Part shown: positions 47,462 to 55,775 of the stretch, one piece after another
How positions within the stretch are numbered: position 1 is the stretch's first letter
Layout: each line of letters opens with the position of its first letter
Assembly: GCA_965263035.1 (NCBI GenBank)
Contig: OZ253580.1
Span: 1,984,001-2,048,000, forward strand
Direction: 5' to 3'
From: Acidobacteriota bacterium
Lineage (GTDB): Bacteria > Acidobacteriota > UBA6911 > RPQK01 > JAJDTT01
Length of the DNA: 64,000 nucleotides
Made by a program: the position numbers and the translations under genes
Notes under the pieces: generated by a model
The model's database searches: none
The model's input: the letters and a program-made list of their open reading frames with translations, nothing else
What the model was told of the DNA's origin: nothing

Positions 47462-48244
47462 TTACATGGCCGTGTATCCTCCATCGACGACCAAGTTGGC
47501 TCCGGTCACGTAGCTGGAGGCGTCCGAGGCCAGGAACAGGATGGCGGCGGCCACCTCCCGTGCCTCCGCCATCCGGTTGAGCATGGTGCGGGCGCTGTAG
47601 CGCCGGACGAACTCGGCAGTGGACGGCAAGACCCGGATCCCGCCGGGGCTGACGCAATTGCAGCGCACGCCGGCTGGTCCATAGTAGCTGGCCACGAACC
47701 GCGTGAAATTGATCATCCCCCCCTTGTGAAAGAAGTAATCGGGGACGAAGGGTTGGCGGTCCAGACCCTGGTACAGACTCCGGTCGGGTCCGACCTGACC
47801 TTGAATCGAGGCCACGTTGACGATGGAGCCGCCGCCGGACTCCGCCATCAGGTCTCCAAAGGTCCGCGTCATCATGAACAGGCCGGTGGCGTTGACCCGC
47901 ATGCTCCGGGAAAAGAGAGCAGGATCATCGGTCCAATCCTTCATGCTGCGGCCGACCGCGGCATTGACCAGGACCTGAAGGGCGCCTTCCCGCTCCAGTA
48001 TGGTGGCCCTGAGATCCCGGATCGACTGCTCGTCTCCCTGGTCCAACGGGACCGGAACCACCGGGAGACCCTGCCGCACCAGCTTTTCGGCCACGGTCCG
48101 CATCCGGTCCAGCCGGAGGTCGCCTCCGTAGACCGTCGCCCCGGCTTCGGCCAGGGCCTGGATGAATGTCGGAGCGTGCCGTCCCGCCCCCCCGGTGACC
48201 AGCGCCACCTTGCCCTTCAGGGAGAAGCTGTCGAGTATTCCCAT
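47462..48244 (-). CDS. Short-chain dehydrogenase/reductase (SDR)
   Basis: GKVALVTGGAG, LVNAA, GGSIVNVAS, YFFHKGG (YxxxK), NCVSPGG, SYVTGANLVVDGG. Confidence 0.92.
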   Translation of the reverse strand: MGILDSFSLKGKVALVTGGAGRHAPTFIQALAEAGATVYGGDLRLDRMRTVAEKLVRQGLPVVPVPLDQGDEQSIRDLRATILEREGALQVLVNAAVGRSMKDWTDDPALFSRSMRVNATGLFMMTRTFGDLMAESGGGSIVNVASIQGQVGPDRSLYQGLDRQPFVPDYFFHKGGMINFTRFVASYYGPAGVRCNCVSPGGIRVLPSTAEFVRRYSARTMLNRMAEAREVAAAILFLASDASSYVTGANLVVDGGYTAM

Positions 48245-48247
48245 ACC

Positions 48248-49768
48248 TCAGCGGAAACGAAGGGCGAACAGATCCGCGTCCTGGAGCGCAAAGCGCAGCC
48301 GCACCGGACGACCCGCCAGGGAGGACACGTCGGGCCCTCCCTTCCACCGGACCTCCCGCTCCAGCTCGTCGCCGAAGATCACGGAACAGTCAGCGAGGCC
48401 GAATCCCTCCAGGGGAGTTCCCACCGCATCCTGCAACTCCACCCGGATGCTTCCGGCCGCCGAAGTCGAGAAGTTGAGGGTGAGCCGGCCGCCCTCGAAG
48501 ACGAGGGGACGGGTGACGATCTCGCCTCCCGCCATGGGGGCCGTCGCGGCCACGAAGCCGTCGATCCGGAGCGTATAGCGGCGGATGTTGGTGCTGTTCC
48601 CCCTCCAGTAGCCCTCGTTCACGTAAACGGAGAGTTCATTGGGAGCCCCCTCCAGATGGCTTCGGGTCTCCACGATGCCCCAATTCTGATAGTTGTCCCC
48701 GTAGACCCAGTTGCCCGTCGGCCTCAGCCCCGGACGGACGAAGGCCTCCTGCCAGCGGTGAAAGCTGATCCGGTCCCGGCCGGCCATGAAGATTCCCTCC
48801 GTCAGAGCCGTTCCGTACCGAATATGGACGCCGGCTCTCAGGCGCCGGTGCTCCGGCTCGGAAAGGGCTTTCATGGAGTCGGTCCATCCCCACTCGACGT
48901 AGCGTGTGGGAAAGCCCAACAGGATGTGGGGGGCCCGGTAGTAGGGCAGGATCTGGTTGGTGTAGAGCTCCTCGTCGGGCGCACCGGGGTAGCTGAGCCG
49001 GACCGGATCGGTCCAGTTCAGAAAGTCCTGGGAAACGCCGGTCAGAATGTCGCGGATACCGCGCCTTCCGGCGGGGTCGTCGGAAAGCTTCCTGAAATAC
49101 CGGTGATATTCGCGGTACTCGCGGCGCACCGGATCCCAGAAGGCCAGGTTCTGCGAATCGAACGCGCCCTTGGTGATGACCGGCCGGTCGGCCATGAGAT
49201 CCCAATGGATGCCGTCGGGAGACTTCCAGGCGTAGAGTCCCCGTTCCGAGCTCCCGCTGGACACCGCCTTGTACCGGGCGTCCGGGCCGGCCGCGGGGTT
49301 CGCGTCCTTGAAGGGCACGAAGTTGTGAATCGTGCCTCCCACCGGGAGCCGGTCCAGAATGATGTTGTTGACTTTGGATCCTTCGAACTCCACCAGACCC
49401 AGATTGGGGCGGTACCAGCGGATCCCATCCAGACTCTCGACGTAGCACACCACTTCCCGATGCGCCAATTTCAGGGTCTCGCCGGTGACGAATTGGGAGC
49501 CCCGGTAGTACATGCGATAGCGGCCGTCGTCCTGGAAGACGGTGAAGTAGCCGCACGCATTCCCCTCCCAGCTCCGATCGGTCACCAGGGCGACCTCCCG
49601 GGGAGCGGGCCGGCGTAGTTCGAGCCGGGCCTCACCGCGAGTCTCGTCGATCAGGGCGCCGTCCACGAAAAGCTCGAGGCGAGAACCGATCTCCAGTCCC
49701 GAATGCTGAGCCCATAGGGAAACGCCGCTCCAGAACAGGAGGACGAACAAGATCACTCGTGGGGGCAT
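48248..49768 (-). CDS. Secreted GH32/GH43-like beta-propeller protein (subfamily B), recent tandem duplicate
   Basis: Signal peptide; FDSQN, LYTN, LRIDGF; highly similar to 49804-51324. Confidence 0.78.
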   Translation of the reverse strand: MPPRVILFVLLFWSGVSLWAQHSGLEIGSRLELFVDGALIDETRGEARLELRRPAPREVALVTDRSWEGNACGYFTVFQDDGRYRMYYRGSQFVTGETLKLAHREVVCYVESLDGIRWYRPNLGLVEFEGSKVNNIILDRLPVGGTIHNFVPFKDANPAAGPDARYKAVSSGSSERGLYAWKSPDGIHWDLMADRPVITKGAFDSQNLAFWDPVRREYREYHRYFRKLSDDPAGRRGIRDILTGVSQDFLNWTDPVRLSYPGAPDEELYTNQILPYYRAPHILLGFPTRYVEWGWTDSMKALSEPEHRRLRAGVHIRYGTALTEGIFMAGRDRISFHRWQEAFVRPGLRPTGNWVYGDNYQNWGIVETRSHLEGAPNELSVYVNEGYWRGNSTNIRRYTLRIDGFVAATAPMAGGEIVTRPLVFEGGRLTLNFSTSAAGSIRVELQDAVGTPLEGFGLADCSVIFGDELEREVRWKGGPDVSSLAGRPVRLRFALQDADLFALRFR

Positions 49769-49803
49769 GAGGACTCCCTTGTTTCCGATCATTCAGGTCA
49801 ACG

Positions 49804-51324
49804 TCACCGGAAACGAAGGGCGAACAGATCTGCGTCCTTGAGCACGAAACGCAGGCGGATCGGACGCCCCGCCAGGGCCGACACGTCGGGCCCTCCCTTC
49901 CACCGGACCTCCCGTTCCAGCTCGTCGCCGAAGATCACGGAGCAGTCGTCGAGGCCGAAACCGTCCAGCGGATTGCCCGCCGCATCCTGCACCTCCACCC
50001 GGATGCTCCCGGCGGCGGAAGTCGAGAAGTTGAGGGTGAGCCGGCCGCCCTCGAAGACGAGCGGCCGGGTCACGATCCCGCCTCCGGCCATGGGAGCCGT
50101 CACGGCTACGAAGCCGTCGACGCGGAGCGTATAACGGCGGAGTTTGGTGCCCTTCCCCCTCCAGTAACTCTCGTTGGCGTAAACGGAGAGTTCATTGGGG
50201 GCTCCCTCGATGTGGCTTCGGGTCTCCACGATGCCCCAGTTCTGAAAGTTGTCCGCGTAGACCCAGTTGTCCACCGGCCTCAGGCCCGGACGGATGTAGG
50301 CCTCCTGCCAGCGCCGAAAGCTGATCCGGTCCCGGCCGGCCATGAAGAGGCCCTCCGTCAAAGCTGTGCCGTAGCGAATATGGACTCCGGCTCTCAGACG
50401 CCGGTGCTCCAACTCGGGAAGGGCTCTCATCGAGTCGGACCACCCCAGCTCGATGTAGCGGCTGGGAAAGCCCAACAGGATGTGGGGGGCCCGGTAGTAG
50501 GGCAGGATCTGGTTGGTGTAGAGCTCCTCGTCCGGCGCACCGGGATAGCTGAGCCAGACCGGATCGGTCCAGTTCAGAAAGTCCTGCGAAGCACCGGTCA
50601 GAATGTCGCGGATACCGCGCTTGCCCTCCGGCAACCCTGCGATCTTTCTGAAATCCCGGTGATACCCGCGGTACTCGCGGCGCACCGGATCCCAGAAGGC
50701 CAGATTCTGAGAGTCGAAAGCACCCTTGGTGATGACCGGCCGGTCGGCCATGAGATCCCAGTGGATACCGTCGGGAGACTTCCAGGCGTAGAGCCCCCGT
50801 TCCGGACTCCCTCGTGACACGGCCTTGTAACGAGCGTCCGGAGCCGCCGCCAGGTTCGCATCCTTGAAGGGCACGAAATTGTGAACCGTGCCTCCAATGG
50901 GGAGCCGGTCCAGAATGATATTGTTCGCTTTGGACCCTTCGAAATCCACCAGGCCCAGGTTGGGGCGGTACCAATGGATCCCATCCAGGCTCTCGGCGTA
51001 ACAGATCACCTCCCGGTGAGGGCGCGTCAGGGTCTTGCCGGTGATGAAGTGGGAGCCCCGGTAATACATGCGATAGCGGCCGTCGTCCTGGAAGACGGTG
51101 AAGTGGCCGCACGCGTTCCCTTCCCAACTCCGATCGGTCTCCAGGACGACTTCCCTGGGAGTGGGCCGGCGAAGTTCGAGCCGGGCCTGTCCCCGGACCT
51201 CCTCGATCAGGGCGCCGTCCACAAAGAGTTCCAAGCGAGAACCGATCTCCAGTCCCGAATCCTGGGCTCGAACGTAAGCGTTGCTGCAGAACAGGAGAAC
51301 GAACAAAGTCACTCGTATCCGCAT
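49804..51324 (-). CDS. Secreted GH32/GH43-like beta-propeller protein (subfamily B), recent tandem duplicate
   Basis: Same motifs; shares the upstream AAGGGAGTC RBS context with 49768. Confidence 0.78.
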   Translation of the reverse strand: MRIRVTLFVLLFCSNAYVRAQDSGLEIGSRLELFVDGALIEEVRGQARLELRRPTPREVVLETDRSWEGNACGHFTVFQDDGRYRMYYRGSHFITGKTLTRPHREVICYAESLDGIHWYRPNLGLVDFEGSKANNIILDRLPIGGTVHNFVPFKDANLAAAPDARYKAVSRGSPERGLYAWKSPDGIHWDLMADRPVITKGAFDSQNLAFWDPVRREYRGYHRDFRKIAGLPEGKRGIRDILTGASQDFLNWTDPVWLSYPGAPDEELYTNQILPYYRAPHILLGFPSRYIELGWSDSMRALPELEHRRLRAGVHIRYGTALTEGLFMAGRDRISFRRWQEAYIRPGLRPVDNWVYADNFQNWGIVETRSHIEGAPNELSVYANESYWRGKGTKLRRYTLRVDGFVAVTAPMAGGGIVTRPLVFEGGRLTLNFSTSAAGSIRVEVQDAAGNPLDGFGLDDCSVIFGDELEREVRWKGGPDVSALAGRPIRLRFVLKDADLFALRFR

Positions 51325-51466
51325 GATGACTCCCTTGGTTCCGGTGGAGGGTCGGAGTTGTTGAGAGAAAGCTAACACACCAAGGTTTCAGCGAACAACG
51401 GAGAGGAGGAACGATTGGGGAGATCACACGGGAGTCTGTGGGTCCCTCGTGACTTTCCCCTCTATC

Positions 51467-53848
51467 ATGAAGGGTCGGATGTTTATTCCTCTGCTTCCTA
51501 TTCCTCGCCTATTGGTTGTCGCCGGAATGGCTGCCTTCGGATTGCTTGCGCTCGCGTTCGCTCAGGTCATGGAGGGTCGTCTGACGGTCCGAATCTCGGA
51601 CCCCGGCGGAGGGGCGGTCGCGGCAAGTGTTCGGCTCGTCGGACGGAGCCCGGAATTCGTCGCTGCAGCGACGGCCGATGAAACGGGCCACGCGGTCATC
51701 AAGCGCTTGCCGCCGAGCCTGTATCAGTTGATCGTACGGCATGCCGGCTTCGAAGAATTCTCCATTCAAGTGGAGATCCGCTCCGCCGTCCCCCAGTCCG
51801 TGCAAGTCGTCCTGCAAGTCGGGACGCTCCATGAGGAAGTGACGGTCGAGAACTCGGCGCCTCTCCTCGACCCCTCGCAACCCTCGAACCCCATGCAGGT
51901 GGGCCGGCTGAAACTGAATCGCACACCGGGGACGACTTTGGGCCGGAGCACCATCGACGTCGTGACCACCCTGCCCGGCTGGCTGCTGGAAGCCAACGCC
52001 GTCCTCCATCCGCGCGGTTCGGAATACGACACCCAATACGTCATCGACGGGATGCCACTCTACGACAACCGTTCCATTGCGTTCGCTCCGGGATTCGAAA
52101 ACGACGAGTTCGAAGCGGTGAACGTTCTCACGGCCGGGATCCCGGCCGAATACGGGCGTCGTTTGGGTGGAGTCATCGCGCTCGACACACGCCGGGCCGA
52201 TGGGCGCGGACACCACACGGCTCTGGATCTTCAGGGAGGCGGGCACGGAACCTATTTCGGTTCCATGTCTCATCAGTACGCGGCGGATCGCACCACCGTT
52301 TCGGTCGGTCTGCAAGTCGGACGGACGGACCGTTACCTGGACCCGCCGTCCCTCGAGAACTTCACCAACAAAGCCAGTTCGGGCGGTTTCAATGCCCGTC
52401 TGGCACACGACATCTCCCCTCGCGACCAGTTGACGGTCTATCTCCGATACCACCGGTCCGGGTTTCTCGTGCCCAACGACCTGGAGCAACAGGCGGCGGG
52501 ACAACGGCAGGATCGGCAAATGGGTGAACTCGCGGGACAGGTCCACTACCAGAAGACCATTTCCGGGCGATCCGTGGGCTCTGTCCGGGGAATGGTCCGC
52601 GAGCTTTCCGGCAGGCTCTGGAGCAACCCGCTGGCGACTCCGGTCCATGTCCAACAAGACCGCGGTTTCCGCGAAGCCGCGCTCGTCGGCGACCTCACCG
52701 TCGACCATGGCTGGTACACGGTGAAGTTCGGCGGCGATGTCCGGGTCAACGACATTCGTGAGATGTTTCAACTAGCGCGTCCGGGGAAGCTGACCCATCC
52801 CGTCCTGAGCTTCCACGACCAGCGGCGTAGCACGGAGCTCGGGCTGTTCGTTCAGAATCAGGTTCGCCTCGGAAACTTCGTTACCAACCTCGGAGTCCGA
52901 TTAGACGGTTACAGACTGCTGGTAGACGATACGGCCGTCAGCCCCAGGGTCGCCCTCAGTTACTACGTCCCGAAAGCCGAAATCCAGCTGTTCGCCTCCT
53001 ACGATCGCATCTTCCAACCTCCTCCCATGGAGAATCTGTTGTTGTCGAGCGGGGCGCCGGCACTGGGAATCGACGTCGTGGAGGGCAACCTCGCGGTGCC
53101 CTCGAGCCGAGCCAACTTCTTCGAGGTCGGGCTTCGAAAATCCGTGGGCGACGCTCTGCGCCTGGACCTGAAACACTTCTGGCGTGCCTTCCAAAACTTC
53201 ATCGATGACGACGTTTTTCTGAACACGGGCATCTCGTTCCCCATCACCTTCGACACCGCCCGCATCGAGGGGACCGAAATCCGGCTCGAGCTGCCGCGCT
53301 GGAGACGAGTCTCCTCGTTCGTCAGCTACTCCAACATGCTGGGCCGCGCGACTTCGCCCGTGACGGGAGGATTGTTCATCGAGGGCGGAGAGGCGGAAGA
53401 GTTGCGAAACGTCGTCGTGCGGTTTCCCATCAGTCAGGATCAGCGCAACACGGTCGCGGCCCGGCTTCTATACGAACTCCACCGGCGAGTCTGGATCGGA
53501 TTAGGGGCGCGCTACGGCAGTGGTTTGCCGGTCGAGTTGGCCGATGATGACGACGATTCCGATGAGGACGCCGCCGTGCCGGAACACGACTCTGATGAAG
53601 ACAGCTCCATCCCGCCCGAGATTCTGGGCCGGGTGAATTTTCGGCGCGCCAGAATCCGGCCCAATTTCAGCCTGGACTTCTCCGTCGGCGCCCGGCTCTG
53701 GGAGGTCGACTCACAATCGGTCTCGGTTCAGTTCGACCTGCGCAACGCCACCGACCAGCTCAACGTGATCAACTTCAACGGGCTCTTCTCGGGCACCGCC
53801 CTGGCTCCTGGCCGGCAGGCCATCCTGCGACTGAAGATGCGATTCTGA
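51467..53848 (+). CDS. TonB-dependent receptor
   Basis: Carboxypeptidase-regulatory-like N-domain; HPRGSEYDTQYVIDG, GIPAEYG, SPRVALSY, C-terminal LKMRF; Asp-rich loop. Confidence 0.88.
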   Translation: MKGRMFIPLLPIPRLLVVAGMAAFGLLALAFAQVMEGRLTVRISDPGGGAVAASVRLVGRSPEFVAAATADETGHAVIKRLPPSLYQLIVRHAGFEEFSIQVEIRSAVPQSVQVVLQVGTLHEEVTVENSAPLLDPSQPSNPMQVGRLKLNRTPGTTLGRSTIDVVTTLPGWLLEANAVLHPRGSEYDTQYVIDGMPLYDNRSIAFAPGFENDEFEAVNVLTAGIPAEYGRRLGGVIALDTRRADGRGHHTALDLQGGGHGTYFGSMSHQYAADRTTVSVGLQVGRTDRYLDPPSLENFTNKASSGGFNARLAHDISPRDQLTVYLRYHRSGFLVPNDLEQQAAGQRQDRQMGELAGQVHYQKTISGRSVGSVRGMVRELSGRLWSNPLATPVHVQQDRGFREAALVGDLTVDHGWYTVKFGGDVRVNDIREMFQLARPGKLTHPVLSFHDQRRSTELGLFVQNQVRLGNFVTNLGVRLDGYRLLVDDTAVSPRVALSYYVPKAEIQLFASYDRIFQPPPMENLLLSSGAPALGIDVVEGNLAVPSSRANFFEVGLRKSVGDALRLDLKHFWRAFQNFIDDDVFLNTGISFPITFDTARIEGTEIRLELPRWRRVSSFVSYSNMLGRATSPVTGGLFIEGGEAEELRNVVVRFPISQDQRNTVAARLLYELHRRVWIGLGARYGSGLPVELADDDDDSDEDAAVPEHDSDEDSSIPPEILGRVNFRRARIRPNFSLDFSVGARLWEVDSQSVSVQFDLRNATDQLNVINFNGLFSGTALAPGRQAILRLKMRF

Positions 53849-54004
53849 GGGTGCCCTCTTTCGTCTCTTTGGGAACTCTCCCACCGGCCGCTGGCCGGCG
53901 CAATCCTGGCAGAAAAGGGGATATCTGGAAGCGGCGCCGTTTCAGTCTCCGGTTCCGGGTCGGTGTTGAAGAGGGGGACAAGAATGTCCCTGTACCCTTC
54001 ACGA

Positions 54005-54190
54005 GTACCCTTTAAGGGACTTCACCCACGGTGGGTGAAGAGGGCCACCTGGCCGGGAGCGACCCTAATGTCCCTGTGCCCTCGGAGCACCTGGAGGGGA
54101 TTCGTGCCCCGGCCGGTAGCCGCGATGGAGACCCGGTGGGAAGTTGGCGCCTCTGAGCACCAGTACAGGAACCGATCCGAATCGCGGCGG
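54005..54190 (+). ncRNA. Bridge RNA of the IS110 element
   Basis: 5' hairpin 54020-54040; target loop with AATGTCCC (54067-54074) and GGAGGGG (54093-54099); donor loop with GGGAAGT (54138-54144) and GTACAGG (54163-54169); closing stems present; 5' and 3' ends approximate. Confidence 0.85.
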
Positions 54191-54223
54191 CCCGACGTCC
54201 ATTTAAACACTGGGAGGGTCGGG

Positions 54224-55471
54224 ATGAAACAGAGTCAATGGTTTGTGGGAGTCGATTGGGCGTCCCAGGCGCACCAGGTCTGCGTGCTGGACACGCAAGG
54301 CACCTGTCGGGGACAGCGGAGCTTCCCGCACAGCGGTTCGGGCCTGGCCCAGATGGCCGACTGGATTCTGCAGCAGACGGGAACGAGTGCACAGGCCGTC
54401 TCGGTGGCGATTGAAGTGAACCACGGTCCGGTGGTGGATTTCCTGATGGAGCGGCGTTTTGCCGTCTATGCCATCAATCCGACGCAGCTGGATCGATTCC
54501 GCGACCGCTTCTCGCCGGCCGGAGCCAAGGATGACCGCCGCGATGCCCGGGTGCTGGCCGACGCGCTGAGAACCGACGGCCATCGCTTGCGCCGTCTCAA
54601 ACCCGTCGCTTCTGAGGTGATCCAGCTGCGCGAGTCCTCACGACTGGGTGACCAGTTGACCCGCGAGCGGACCCGGCTTCTCAACCGCCTCCGCGATCAA
54701 CTCTGGCGCTACTATCCGCAGTTCCTGGACCTCAGCGAGAATCTCGCCGAGCCCTGGGTGCTGCAAGTGTGGAAGCTGGCCCCGACGCCGGACGACGCCC
54801 AGAAGCTGCGCCCGAGCCGGGTCGCCAAGGTGTTGAAAGACCATCGGATCCGGCGAATCGACGCCCGCGAAGTCCTGCGTCGCTTGCGGGTTCCGGCCTT
54901 CCCCGTCGCCGCCGGCACCACCGAGGCGGCGGTGGCTCACGTCGCCAGCCTCGCGGAGCGCCTCGCCCTGGTGCAGAGCCAGCTCAAGGACACCGGTCGT
55001 CAGGTCGAGCGTCTGATCCGGGCTTGGGACCAGCGGTGCGAGTCGGCGCCGGGGTCCCCAGGACCGAGGCGGGATGCGGCGATCCTCGCCTCCCTGCCCG
55101 GGGTCGGCCGAATCGTCCTCGCCACTCTGCTCTCGGAAGCCTCCGATCCGTTGCGCCGCAGAGATTACGCCGCCTTGCGTTGTCTGTGCGGGGTCGCCCC
55201 CGTGACCCGGCGCTCCGGCAAACACACCCTTGTCGTCCGCCGCCAAGCCGTTCATCCTCGGCTGCGCGAGGCGACCTACCACTGGGCCCGCGTGGCCGTG
55301 CAACACGACCCGATCAGCCGGGCCAAGTACGATGCCCTGCGCGAGCGGGGTCACGGCCATGCCCGGGCCCTGCGATCCGTTGCGGACCGTCTGCTGGCGG
55401 TGGCCTGCGCCATGTTGCGAGACCAGACCCTGTTCGATCCGAATCATGCGAGACAGCGCCGTGCCGCTTGA
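54224..55471 (+). CDS. IS110-family DEDD recombinase/transposase (415 aa)
   Basis: WFVGVDW, VAIE, INP, AKDDRRDA (DEDD), SLPGVG, GVAPVTRRSG (catalytic Ser loop); GGGAGG RBS. Confidence 0.95.
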   Translation: MKQSQWFVGVDWASQAHQVCVLDTQGTCRGQRSFPHSGSGLAQMADWILQQTGTSAQAVSVAIEVNHGPVVDFLMERRFAVYAINPTQLDRFRDRFSPAGAKDDRRDARVLADALRTDGHRLRRLKPVASEVIQLRESSRLGDQLTRERTRLLNRLRDQLWRYYPQFLDLSENLAEPWVLQVWKLAPTPDDAQKLRPSRVAKVLKDHRIRRIDAREVLRRLRVPAFPVAAGTTEAAVAHVASLAERLALVQSQLKDTGRQVERLIRAWDQRCESAPGSPGPRRDAAILASLPGVGRIVLATLLSEASDPLRRRDYAALRCLCGVAPVTRRSGKHTLVVRRQAVHPRLREATYHWARVAVQHDPISRAKYDALRERGHGHARALRSVADRLLAVACAMLRDQTLFDPNHARQRRAA

Positions 55472-55617
55472 TCCCGATCCGGGCCGAGGTCCACTCCAGG
55501 CTTCGCCCGTGTGCGGCCGCTGCAGGAGCTCGAGGGTGAGGCCCACGGGGCGTCCATCCGGTACCAAATGGGCTCCGTGCCGAGAAGGGTCCAGGAGGTC
55601 TATGGCCAGCGAAAAGG

Positions 55618-55684
55618 CGACCCCCAGCGGGAGGCCCGGCGAAGGGAGCGTAGCGACCAGAGCGGGGCCTCCCGCTGGGGGTCG
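55618..55684. other. Perfect 20-bp hairpin in the IS110 right end
   Basis: CGACCCCCAGCGGGAGGCCC (55618-55637) / GGGCCTCCCGCTGGGGGTCG (55665-55684), 27-nt loop. Confidence 0.8.
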
Positions 55685-55692
55685 ATTCCCCC

Positions 55693-55698
55693 TTGACA
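55693..55698 (+). promoter_or_regulatory. -35 box (TTGACA) of the IS110 circle-junction promoter
   Basis: On circularisation: TTGACA + AAGGGTGGGAAGTCCTG (17 nt) + TACCCT (53993-53998). Confidence 0.75.
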
Positions 55699-55775
55699 AA
55701 GGGTGGGAAGTCCCCTCCCACTTCGATCCCCACGTTGGTCGACAGAACACCTCCCAAATTTAGAAAAATGGATAT

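Larger units (their letters stand above)
53991..55711 (+). mobile_element. IS110-family element (bridge-RNA-guided recombinase) with CC core, inserted in a REP-like hairpin
   Basis: CC core at 53989-53990 and 55712-55713; excision restores perfect hairpin AGGGGGACA-AGAA-TGTCCCCCT followed by CCCA; no TIRs; long non-coding ends. Confidence 0.88.

Noticed and set aside
53963-54223. 87-aa N-terminal extension of the IS110 transposase
   Set aside because: It crosses the element boundary and spans the bridge RNA; RBS and DEDD domain begin at 54224
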